Shown here: in pieces, positions 1 to 7,816 of the stretch
Layout: the number at the start of each line of letters is the position of its first letter
How positions within the stretch are numbered: position 1 is the first letter of the stretch
Translations under genes and position numbers: made by a program
NCBI GenBank assembly: GCA_963826115.1
Contig: CAWGVS010000006.1
Span: forward strand, 288,001-352,000
Reading direction: 5' to 3'
Length of the DNA: 64,000 nt
DNA from: an uncultured Candidatus Rokubacteria bacterium
GTDB taxonomy: Bacteria; Methylomirabilota; Methylomirabilia; Rokubacteriales; DASRDR01
Notes under the pieces: model-generated
What the model was told of the DNA's origin: nothing
Database searches by the model: none
Seen by the model: the letters and a program-made list of their open reading frames with translations, nothing else

Positions 1-313
1 GCGCGGCGTGGACCGCTGGAACCAGATCATCCGGAAGCACGGGATCGATTTCGAGCTTCGGCTACCCCACCGCGGCTTCCACCGGGCGATCGGGCTGTTC
101 TCGGAAGCGCGCGTATCGCCCGACGGTCGGGTGATGAGCCAGGCCGAGTGGGACACGCGGCATGGCGAGTGGCTGCCGACGGAGAGCGACAAGGCCTTCG
201 TGCAGAGCCTCATGCTTCCGGTCGTGGAACGAGGGAAGTTCGCCAGCTGGATCGCGCCGCCCGCCCGCGGGATCAACGCGCAGCCCGTCGACTTCGAGTA
301 CGTCCGGAGCTGA
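1..313 (+). CDS. boxB: Benzoyl-CoA 2,3-epoxidase subunit BoxB, C-terminal fragment (5' truncated by window edge)
   Basis: C-terminus 'LPHRGFHRAIG...WLPTESDKAFVQSLM...GKFASWIAPPARGINAQPVDFEYVR' matches my recollection of the BoxB C-terminus. Confidence 0.85.
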   Translation, partial: RGVDRWNQIIRKHGIDFELRLPHRGFHRAIGLFSEARVSPDGRVMSQAEWDTRHGEWLPTESDKAFVQSLMLPVVERGKFASWIAPPARGINAQPVDFEYVRS

Positions 314-316
314 CCG

Positions 317-871
317 GTGTCCCTCGGCGCGCGGATCCGGGGGCTCCGAACGGACCGGGGCATCCGCCAGAAGGCGCTCGCAGAGCAAGCCGGGCTGACG
401 CCGAGCCTCGTCTCCCAGATCGAGTCCGACAAGCTCTCGCCCTCGCTCCACACGCTCGGCCGGCTGGCGGGCGCGCTCGGCGTCCCGATCGGCGCCTTCT
501 TCGAGCAGGCCCCCAACGGGCAGCTCCACCTGGGCCACCGCAAGGACTACGCGGTCGTCAGCTTCGACGGCTCGACGGAGCGGTGGGAGGTGCTGGCGGC
601 CGGCCTGTTCCGGGGCAAGGTGCGCGCGGTGGTCTCGACGCTCGGGCGCCGGGGCGCGAGCGTCCCCCCCGAGCGCGTCCTCATCGAGCCGGGGCAGATG
701 AAGCTCATGTACGTCCTCGACGGCAAGATCGCGCTCCAGTACAACGGGGTGCGCCATCTCCTCGAGGCGGGCGACTCCGCCTATCTCGACGGCGGCGTGC
801 CGCACACCTGGGAGAACGTCGGGTCGGGCACCGCGCGGACGCTCTGGGTGATCACGGGCAAGGACGCGTGA
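317..871 (+). CDS. XRE-family HTH transcriptional regulator with C-terminal cupin domain
   Basis: N-terminal HTH 'LGARIRGLR...QKALAEQAGLTPSLVSQIE...PSLHTLGRLA'; cupin 'YVLDGKI...LEAGDSAYLDGGVPHTWEN'. Confidence 0.9.
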   Translation: MSLGARIRGLRTDRGIRQKALAEQAGLTPSLVSQIESDKLSPSLHTLGRLAGALGVPIGAFFEQAPNGQLHLGHRKDYAVVSFDGSTERWEVLAAGLFRGKVRAVVSTLGRRGASVPPERVLIEPGQMKLMYVLDGKIALQYNGVRHLLEAGDSAYLDGGVPHTWENVGSGTARTLWVITGKDA

Positions 872-2217
872 GCCGAGAGGCCGGCGTCCGGACTGAGGCC
901 GACGTCCCGTTCCTCGACCGCGAGCGGGAGACCGCGCCGCCCGAGACCCTGCGCCGGTGGCAGTGGGAGCGGCTTGCCGCGGGGCTCGGCGAGATATGGG
1001 GCACGAACGCGTTCTGGCGGGAGCGCCTCCGGGCGGCCGGCGTGCGGGACCCGGGCGACGTCGCCTCGTGGGAGGACTTCGCGCGGCTGCCACGGCTCGC
1101 CAAGGGGGAGCTGGCCACCGACCAGGCGGCGCGGCCCCCGTTCGGCACGAACCTGACGCATCCCTTGGACCGCTACGTCCGGGTGTTCCAGACCTCGGGC
1201 ACCACGGGCCCGCCGATCCGTTGGCTCGAGACGGAAGCATCGTGGGCGTGGTGGGCGCGGTGCTGGGCCTTCGTGTTTCGGAGCGCCGGTCTCGGGCCCG
1301 GCGACCGCCTGGCGTTCCCGTTTTCGTTCGGGCTCTTCGTCGGCTTCTGGGCGGGGCTGGAGGGCGCGCGCGTCATCGGCGCGATGGCGATTCCCGGCGG
1401 GGGGCAGGACTCGCCGACGCGGCTCCACGCCCTGCGACAGCTCGGCGCGACCGCGCTCGTCTGCACCCCGTCGTACGGGCTCCACCTCGCGGAGGTCGCG
1501 CAGGCGCAGGGGGTCGACCCGGCGGGGCTCGGAGTCCGCGTGACGGTTCACGCCGGCGAGCCGGGGGCGGGCATCCCCGCCGTGCGCGAGCGTCTCGAGC
1601 GACTCTGGGGTGCGCGCGCGTACGACCACGCGGGCATGACGGAGGTGGGGGCGTACGGCTTCGAGTGCCTCGTCCAGGCCGGCCTTCACGTCAACGAGCT
1701 CGAGTTCGTCGCCGAGGTGCTGGACCCCGAGAGCGGGCGGCCGGTGGCGCCCGGCGAGGTGGGCGAACTGACGCTGACCAACCTGGGCCGCTGGGGCGCC
1801 CCGGTCCTCCGTTACCGCTCGGGCGACCGGGTGCGGCTCGCTCGGCACGCGTGCGCGTGCGGCCGCACGTTCGCGCGGCTCGAGGGCGGCATCCTCGGTC
1901 GGGTCGACGACATGCTGGTCGTGCGCGGCGTCAACGTCTTCCCCTCCGCGCTCGAGGGCATCGTGCGCCGGTTCGCCGGCGTGGACGAGTTCCAGATCGA
2001 GGTCTTCCGCCGCGGCGCGCTGGACGAGGTGCGGCTCCTGCTCGAGATCGACGGGAGCGCGGGACCCGACGGCCGCGTGCGCGAGACGGTCGACGGGATC
2101 CTCGAGGCGGTGCGGCGCGACCTCGGCATCCGGATCGAGGTCGCGACCGTGCCGGCCCGATCGTTGCCGCGCTTCGAGCTGAAGGCCCGCCGCGTCGTGC
2201 GGCGGGCGGAGCCCTGA
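868..2217 (+). CDS. Phenylacetate-CoA ligase (PaaK-like) family acyl-CoA ligase
   Basis: GTG overlaps upstream TGA (GTGA); motifs 'QTSGTTG', 'DHAGMTEVG', 'LRYRSGD', 'GRVDDMLVVRGVNVFPS', 'LPRFELKARR'. Confidence 0.85.
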   Translation: MSREAGVRTEADVPFLDRERETAPPETLRRWQWERLAAGLGEIWGTNAFWRERLRAAGVRDPGDVASWEDFARLPRLAKGELATDQAARPPFGTNLTHPLDRYVRVFQTSGTTGPPIRWLETEASWAWWARCWAFVFRSAGLGPGDRLAFPFSFGLFVGFWAGLEGARVIGAMAIPGGGQDSPTRLHALRQLGATALVCTPSYGLHLAEVAQAQGVDPAGLGVRVTVHAGEPGAGIPAVRERLERLWGARAYDHAGMTEVGAYGFECLVQAGLHVNELEFVAEVLDPESGRPVAPGEVGELTLTNLGRWGAPVLRYRSGDRVRLARHACACGRTFARLEGGILGRVDDMLVVRGVNVFPSALEGIVRRFAGVDEFQIEVFRRGALDEVRLLLEIDGSAGPDGRVRETVDGILEAVRRDLGIRIEVATVPARSLPRFELKARRVVRRAEP

Positions 2218-2276
2218 CCCCGCCGGTCCGAGGGACCGGCGACGCCCTCTGCCGCCAGACCTCAAGGAGACGCCCC

Positions 2277-3278
2277 ATGCCCGCGCCGCTCAAGGTCCTC
2301 GTCGTGCCCGCGCTCCTCGCGAACCGCCCGTCCCCGTACCTCGCGGACCTCGAGGCCGCGGGCCTCGAGGTGCTGCGCTCGCCGCTGGGGCGGCCCTACG
2401 GTGAAGACGAGCTGCTCGAGGGCCTGCGCGGCGTCTTCGCGACGGTCGCCGGGATCGAGCCCTACACCGATCGGGTGCTGCGCGAGGCCCAGGACCTCGA
2501 GGTGATCGCGCGCTTCGGGGTGGGCTACGACCAGATCGACGTGCCCGCCGCGACTCGCCACGGCGTCTACGTCGCCATGGCCTTCGGCGGGAACCACGAA
2601 ACGGTCGCGGACCTCGCCCTCGCCCTGATGGGCGCCGTCGCGCGGAACATCGTCGTCTACCACCAGCGCGTGGCGAGCGGTGGCTGGGGGTGGGAGTTCC
2701 GGCAGGGACTCTGGCGGGCCACGGTCGGCATCGTGGGACTCGGGCGGATCGGACGGGCCGTGGCCCGGCGCTGTCGCGGCTACGAGATGCGCATCCTGGC
2801 CCACGACGTCGCGCCGGACACGGCGTACGCGCGGAGCCACGGCATCGAGCTGACGTCCCTCGAGCAGCTGCTCGAGCAGTCCGACTTCGTGACCCTGCAC
2901 GCGCCGCACAGTCCCGAGACCGACAAGCTGATGAACGCCGCGCGGCTCCGGCTCATGAAGCCGAGCGCCGTCCTCATCAACACCGCGCGCGGCGGGCTCG
3001 TGGACGAGGAGGCCCTCTACGAGGCGCTCGTGTCCCGACGTCTCGCCGCCGCCGGGCTCGACGTCTTCCGCCGCGAGCCGCCCGCGGGCTCGCCGCTCCT
3101 CTCGCTCGACAACGTGGTGCTGACCCCGCACGCGGCCGGATCGGACCTGGCGTCCGAGGCGCTGACCGGGCAGTGCTGCGTGGAATCGATCCTCGCCGTG
3201 GCACGCGGCGGCGCGCCGCGCCCCGAGCTCCTGCTGAACCCGGCGGCGACGTCCGTGCCGCGGGGGCGGCGCCGATAG
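2277..3278 (+). CDS. D-isomer-specific 2-hydroxyacid dehydrogenase (phosphoglycerate dehydrogenase-like)
   Basis: SD AAGGAGA before ATG 2277; 'RFGVGYDQID', 'GIVGLGRIG', 'LINTARGGLVDE', 'AGLDVF', 'LTPHAAG'. Confidence 0.88.
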   Translation: MPAPLKVLVVPALLANRPSPYLADLEAAGLEVLRSPLGRPYGEDELLEGLRGVFATVAGIEPYTDRVLREAQDLEVIARFGVGYDQIDVPAATRHGVYVAMAFGGNHETVADLALALMGAVARNIVVYHQRVASGGWGWEFRQGLWRATVGIVGLGRIGRAVARRCRGYEMRILAHDVAPDTAYARSHGIELTSLEQLLEQSDFVTLHAPHSPETDKLMNAARLRLMKPSAVLINTARGGLVDEEALYEALVSRRLAAAGLDVFRREPPAGSPLLSLDNVVLTPHAAGSDLASEALTGQCCVESILAVARGGAPRPELLLNPAATSVPRGRRR

Positions 3279-3307
3279 ACGCCGCCGCCCCGCCGGGCGC
3301 CGGGCGC

Positions 3308-4873
3308 CTGACCGCCGCCAGCCACGACCTTCTCGCGGGCGCGCGCCTGCTCGCGCGGCTCCCCGCGTTCGTGCGCCATCCGGTCGCCCTCGGCGCCGCG
3401 CGCCGCGAGCTCGCCCGCCGTCTCCGGACGCGCGGGGAGACGTTCCTCGCCCTCGTGCGGGACACGGTCTACGGGCGCCCCGAGACCCCGTACGCCCGCC
3501 TCCTGCGGCACGCGGGTTGCGAGGCCAGCGATCTCGAGCGGCTGGTCCGCCGGGACGGAGTGGAGGGCGCGCTCGGGACGCTACGGGCGGCGGGTGTCTA
3601 CCTCACGAGCGACGAGCTCCGGGGTCGGCGGCCGGTTCGGCGCGGCGGTCTCACGCTCGCGGTGGAGCCGTCCCAGCTCTGGAACCCGCGTGTGGCGTGG
3701 GACCTGCCGATCCGGAGCGGCGGCAGCCGGAGCGCGGGGCTGCCCTTTGGCTGGAACCTCGACTTCGTCCGCGATCGCGCGGTGAACCTCTCGTTGTGGG
3801 CGGCGGCGCTCGGCCCGGCGCCCCGCCGGCATGCGATCTGGGAGCCTCTCGGGAGCGGCGCGATCGTGCACCTCCTCGATCTGCTCGCGGAGGGGCGCGG
3901 GGCGTCGCGCTGGTTCTCTCCGGTGGACCCGGCCGCGACCGACGTCTCGGCGCGGTACCGATGGAGCGCGCGACTCGCCCGCGCCGGAAGCTGGCTGGGC
4001 GGCCGCGTGCTGCCCGCCCCCGCCCCCGCGCCGCTGCTCGCCCCGGGGCCGGTCGTGGAGTGGCTGGCCAGCGTGCTCGCCGCCGGAGAGCGGCCGGCCG
4101 TGCACGCTCGACCGAGCGCGGTCCTCCGGATGTGCGAGGCGGCGGCCGCGCGGGGAGTCGATCTGCGCGGCACCGAGGTGGCGATCGGGGGTGAGCCGAT
4201 CACCAGGAGCCGGGCCGCCGCGCTGCGCAGCGCGGGACTCCGAGTCCTGCCGCGGTACGCGGCCAGCGAGACCGGCCTCATCGGGAACGCCTGCCTCGAG
4301 CCGCGCGGCGCCGACGACGTTCACGTCTTCCACGACCTCGTCGCGGTGATCCCGGACGACTGCGCCGCGAACGGCCGACATTCCGGCCGCGGCATCCTCG
4401 TCTCGTCGCTCCGTCCGGCCGCGCCGCTCGTGCTCCTCAACGCCTCGATGGGCGACGTGGCGGTCCTCGACGACACGCCGTGCGGCTGTCCCGTCGCGGC
4501 CGAGGGCTGGCCCGCGCGCCTCCGCGGGATCGAGCGTCTCGACGATTCCGCGCTCGACGTCGCGGCGCCGCCGTTCGCCGACATCGCGCGTGCCCTGGAC
4601 GAGACGCTGCCGGGCCGGTTCGGCGGCGGTCCCGGCGACTACCAGCTGGTGGAGGACGCGCTCGCCACCGGGGCGACGCACTGGCGCCTCCTGGTCCACC
4701 CGGCGGTCGGACCGATCGATCCGCGCGCGGTCGCCGCCGCGTTCGTCGCGGTCCTCGACGGCTGGCCGGGCCACGCCCCGTTCGCGGTGGAGCGACACGT
4801 TCCCCTCGTCACCGCGGTGGGCAAGGTCCTCCACGTCCACCGGACCCCGAGCGAGGTCGAGCGGGCGACGTGA
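3308..4873 (+). CDS. Divergent PaaK-like adenylate-forming (ANL) protein; start uncertain
   Basis: Degenerate P-loop 'RSGGSRSAG', 'YAASETG', 'LLNASMGD...CGC', terminal Lys 'TAVGKVLH'; no clear ATG (CTG 3308 or GTG 3371). Confidence 0.55.
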   Translation: MTAASHDLLAGARLLARLPAFVRHPVALGAARRELARRLRTRGETFLALVRDTVYGRPETPYARLLRHAGCEASDLERLVRRDGVEGALGTLRAAGVYLTSDELRGRRPVRRGGLTLAVEPSQLWNPRVAWDLPIRSGGSRSAGLPFGWNLDFVRDRAVNLSLWAAALGPAPRRHAIWEPLGSGAIVHLLDLLAEGRGASRWFSPVDPAATDVSARYRWSARLARAGSWLGGRVLPAPAPAPLLAPGPVVEWLASVLAAGERPAVHARPSAVLRMCEAAAARGVDLRGTEVAIGGEPITRSRAAALRSAGLRVLPRYAASETGLIGNACLEPRGADDVHVFHDLVAVIPDDCAANGRHSGRGILVSSLRPAAPLVLLNASMGDVAVLDDTPCGCPVAAEGWPARLRGIERLDDSALDVAAPPFADIARALDETLPGRFGGGPGDYQLVEDALATGATHWRLLVHPAVGPIDPRAVAAAFVAVLDGWPGHAPFAVERHVPLVTAVGKVLHVHRTPSEVERAT

Positions 4874-4971
4874 CCTGAGCGCGCCTCGGGAACAGCGCGG
4901 GCCAGCGCGCGTCGTGGGAGACCCGGACCGGAATGGCTCCGACCGCGGGTGTATAGTGGGTGGTCACCGCC

Positions 4972-5172
4972 ATGAAGGTCGTGTTTCGCAACCAGGGTCG
5001 TGAGGTGGAGCTCACCGGTCGCCGCCGCGTGCGCGAGCTCCTGGCTGAGCTCGGCGTGCTCCCGGAGACCGTTCTCGTGATCCGCGGCCGCGACCTCCTC
5101 ACGGTCGATGAGGTCGTCGCCGAGAACGACGTCGTCGAGCTCCGCCCGGTGATCTCGGGAGGCCGCGCGTGA
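4972..5172 (+). CDS. ttuB: Ubiquitin-like sulfur carrier (TtuB/MoaD/ThiS family)
   Basis: 'REVELTGRRRVRELLAELGVLPETVLVIRGRDLLT..EVV.END.VELRPVISGG' closely resembles Thermus TtuB; GTGA-coupled to ttuA. Confidence 0.8.
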   Translation: MKVVFRNQGREVELTGRRRVRELLAELGVLPETVLVIRGRDLLTVDEVVAENDVVELRPVISGGRA

Positions 5173-6191
5173 AGTGCCGGAAGTGCGGCGGGCGGGCGAC
5201 GCTGGAGCTCCGGCGCCACAACACGGCCTTCTGCGGGCCCGACTACCTGGACTTCTTCCGGCACCACGTGCTGGAGGTGGTGCGCCGGTGGCGCATGTTC
5301 GAGCGCGACGAGTCCGTTCTCGTCGCGGTGTCGGGCGGCAAGGACTCGCTGGCCCTGTGGGACGTTCTCCACGGGGCGGGCTACCGGACCACGGGCCTCT
5401 ACATCGACCTCGGGATCTTCGAGTACTCGCACGCCTCCAAGGCGCGGTGCGAGGCGTTCGCCGCCGAGCGGGGGCTCGACCTCCGCGTCGTCGCGGTGGC
5501 CGACGAGGTCGGCGCGGCGATTCCGGCGGTAAAAGACGCGACGCGGCGGCCCACGTGCTCCGCGTGCGGGCTGTCCAAGCGCTACATCATGAACCGCGCC
5601 GCCCTCGAGGGCGGGTTCCCGGTGGTCGCGACCGGGCACAACCTCGATGACGAGGCCGCGACGCTGTTCGGCTCCACGCTGCGCTGGGACGAGTCCGCGC
5701 TGTCGCGGCAGACGCCGGTGCTCGCGGCGACGCACCCGCGGCTCGCCCGTCGGGTGAAGCCGCTCTTCCGGATGAGCGAGCGTGAGACCGCCGCCTACGC
5801 CTTCCTCCGAGGGATCGACTACATCGTGGAGGAGTGCCCCTTCTCCCGGGGGGCGACGTCGATCGCGCACAAGGAGCTGCTCAACCGCCTCGAAGACACC
5901 TCGCCCGGCTCGAAGGCGATGTTCCTCCAGGGGTTCCTCGAGAAGGCGCGCGAGCGCTTCCAGGAGCCCGCGGCCGTCGTGCTCGTCGAGTGCGTCCGGT
6001 GCGGCCAGACCACGACCGGCGAGGTCTGCGCCTTCTGCAAGCTCCGGGACCAGGTGAAGCGGGGCGCCCGGCCTGCGCGCGTGGCCGGCCCGCTCGCGGA
6101 CGCCCCCCAGCCCTCCGACCCCTCCGATCCTCCGGCCGCGCGCGGGTTGATCTCGGACCTCCACGCCGCATCCGAGATCCACGCGCCCTGA
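5169..6191 (+). CDS. ttuA: tRNA 2-thiolation sulfurtransferase TtuA (TtcA/Ctu1 family, PP-loop, Fe-S)
   Basis: N-terminal CxxC, PP-loop 'VAVSGGKDS', 'CSACGLSKRY', 'TGHNLDDEA', 'EECP', C-terminal CxxC...CAFC zinc finger. Confidence 0.88.
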   Translation: MKCRKCGGRATLELRRHNTAFCGPDYLDFFRHHVLEVVRRWRMFERDESVLVAVSGGKDSLALWDVLHGAGYRTTGLYIDLGIFEYSHASKARCEAFAAERGLDLRVVAVADEVGAAIPAVKDATRRPTCSACGLSKRYIMNRAALEGGFPVVATGHNLDDEAATLFGSTLRWDESALSRQTPVLAATHPRLARRVKPLFRMSERETAAYAFLRGIDYIVEECPFSRGATSIAHKELLNRLEDTSPGSKAMFLQGFLEKARERFQEPAAVVLVECVRCGQTTTGEVCAFCKLRDQVKRGARPARVAGPLADAPQPSDPSDPPAARGLISDLHAASEIHAP

Positions 6192-6205
6192 GGGGCGCGC
6201 CAACC

Positions 6206-7021
6206 GTGCCGCCGACGCCTCGTCCCGACAGCGACCAGGTCGTGTTCGTCGGCACCGGCGGCGGCCGCATGACCACGGCCTTCCAGGCGCGGGCAACGGG
6301 CGGCCTCTGGATCTGCCTCGACGGCGTCTGGGCCTGCGTGGACCCCGGGCCCGGCGCCCTGTCGCACGCGCGCAGCCGCGCGCTCGGCCTCGACCCGGGC
6401 GTGCTCGACGCCGTGGTGCTGACCCACAAGCACCTCGACCACTCCGGCGACGTCAACGCCATGATCGAGGCGATGACGCAGGGCGGGACCAAGAAGCGAG
6501 GCGTCGTCTACGCGCCGCGCGACGCGTACGACGAGGACCCGGTGATCCTGCGCTACGTCCGGAGCTACCCGGCGGCGACGGAGACCCTCACGGAGGGCGG
6601 CCGCTACCCGATCGGCGGGGCCGGCGGGCCGGTGCTCGAGACCCCGCTCCGGCTCAAGCACCCGGTCGAGACGTACGGGCTCCGGTTCGTCGGGAGCCGC
6701 TTCACCGTCGGGCTCGTGTCCTGCACCGGGTACATCCCCGAGATCGAGCAGGCCCTCGCGGCGGACCTCCTGATCCTCAACGTCGTCTATCGCGATCCGC
6801 GGGACGAGATCCACCTGGCCGTGCCGGACGCCCGCCGGCTCATCGAGGCGATGCGGCCCCGGCTCGCGGTCCTGACGCACTTCGGGCTCACGATGCTGCG
6901 CGCTCGCCCGTGGGAGCTGGCCGAGACGCTGTCGCGCGAGACGGGCGTGCGCGTGCTCGCCGCGCGCGACCGCTGGCGCATCGACCTGGACACCGAGCTG
7001 GACGGCCAGCCGGATTCGTAA
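6206..7021 (+). CDS. MBL-fold metallo-hydrolase (RNase Z/PhnP-like)
   Basis: 'FVGTGGGR', 'VDPGPG', HxHxDH 'THKHLDH', 'HPVETYG', 'LTHFG'. Confidence 0.85.
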   Translation: MPPTPRPDSDQVVFVGTGGGRMTTAFQARATGGLWICLDGVWACVDPGPGALSHARSRALGLDPGVLDAVVLTHKHLDHSGDVNAMIEAMTQGGTKKRGVVYAPRDAYDEDPVILRYVRSYPAATETLTEGGRYPIGGAGGPVLETPLRLKHPVETYGLRFVGSRFTVGLVSCTGYIPEIEQALAADLLILNVVYRDPRDEIHLAVPDARRLIEAMRPRLAVLTHFGLTMLRARPWELAETLSRETGVRVLAARDRWRIDLDTELDGQPDS

Positions 7022-7092
7022 GGGGGCGGGCCGCGGGGAGATGACGTTCTGGCTCGCGGCGGCGGAGCGCGAGCTGGCGGCGCTGCGCTGAC

Positions 7093-7740
7093 TCAGGGGC
7101 GAACGGCGAGGTCGGCGAGGCGCGCGGCGAGATCGTCGCCGCGATCCACGCGGTACACGATGCCCCGCATGCCCAGCGCCTCGGCCGCCCGCACGTTGAC
7201 CTCGGCGTCGTCCACGAAGACGCATGCCTCGGGGGGCACGCCGATGCGCGACGCCGCCCGCCGGTAGATCTCGGCCTCCGGCTTGGCGACGCCTTCCTCG
7301 GCCGACGAGACCACCGTGTCGAAGTGATCGTGGATGCCGAGCTCCCGCAGGCGGCCGCGGAGGCTCTCGTCGGCGTTCGACAGGATCGCCGTCCGGAACG
7401 CCGGCCGCAGGCGCCGCGCCAAGCGCACGTTCGCGTCGATCAGCTGGCGGGCGGCCACCCAGGCATCGTGGAGCCGCGGCAACGGGTGGCCAGCCTGCCG
7501 CTCGAGGAGACGGTGGGCCTCCTCGCGCCAGGCGAGGATGTCGCCGCGCCCGCGCTCGATCCCGCGCCACGTCTCGGTCCGGTACAGGGTCTCGAGGAGG
7601 GCGTGCCGGGGCAGCCCGTGTGCCGTCTCGAGCCCGGCGGACACGTCCCACCGCATGTCGATCAGTACGCCGCCGAAGTCGAAGAGGACGCCGCGGATGG
7701 GCGGGTCTGGCGCCAGGGAAGTTTTGGTCGAGCCGTGCAC
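7093..7740 (-). CDS. HAD-superfamily phosphatase
   Basis: 'LFDFGGV', 'ILSNA', 'VAKPEAEIY', 'FVDDAEVNV'. Confidence 0.88.
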   Translation of the reverse strand: MHGSTKTSLAPDPPIRGVLFDFGGVLIDMRWDVSAGLETAHGLPRHALLETLYRTETWRGIERGRGDILAWREEAHRLLERQAGHPLPRLHDAWVAARQLIDANVRLARRLRPAFRTAILSNADESLRGRLRELGIHDHFDTVVSSAEEGVAKPEAEIYRRAASRIGVPPEACVFVDDAEVNVRAAEALGMRGIVYRVDRGDDLAARLADLAVRP

Positions 7741-7748
7741 GACGCGGT

Positions 7749-7777
7749 ACGCTAGCCCGCGGCGTGGTCGGGGTCAA
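7749..7777 (-). promoter_or_regulatory. sigma70-like promoter of the HAD gene (TTGACC-17-TAGCGT)
   Basis: Minus strand -35 at 7777-7772, -10 at 7754-7749, 8 nt before GTG 7740. Confidence 0.55.
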
Positions 7778-7816
7778 GCGAGCCTCGCGCCACCTCGGAG
7801 CCGCACGACAGGAGCC

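Noticed and set aside
148-867. Long N-terminal extensions in the ORF track (for example 148-2217, 957-3278, 7334-10123, 40311-45170, 52533-54623)
   Set aside because: The extensions overlap upstream genes. Real starts were placed using SD sites, GTGA/ATGA overlaps or promoters.
6111-6128. CCCTCCGAC/CCCTCCGAT tandem repeat in the ttuA tail
   Set aside because: Only two copies, encoding a low-complexity PSDPSD linker.
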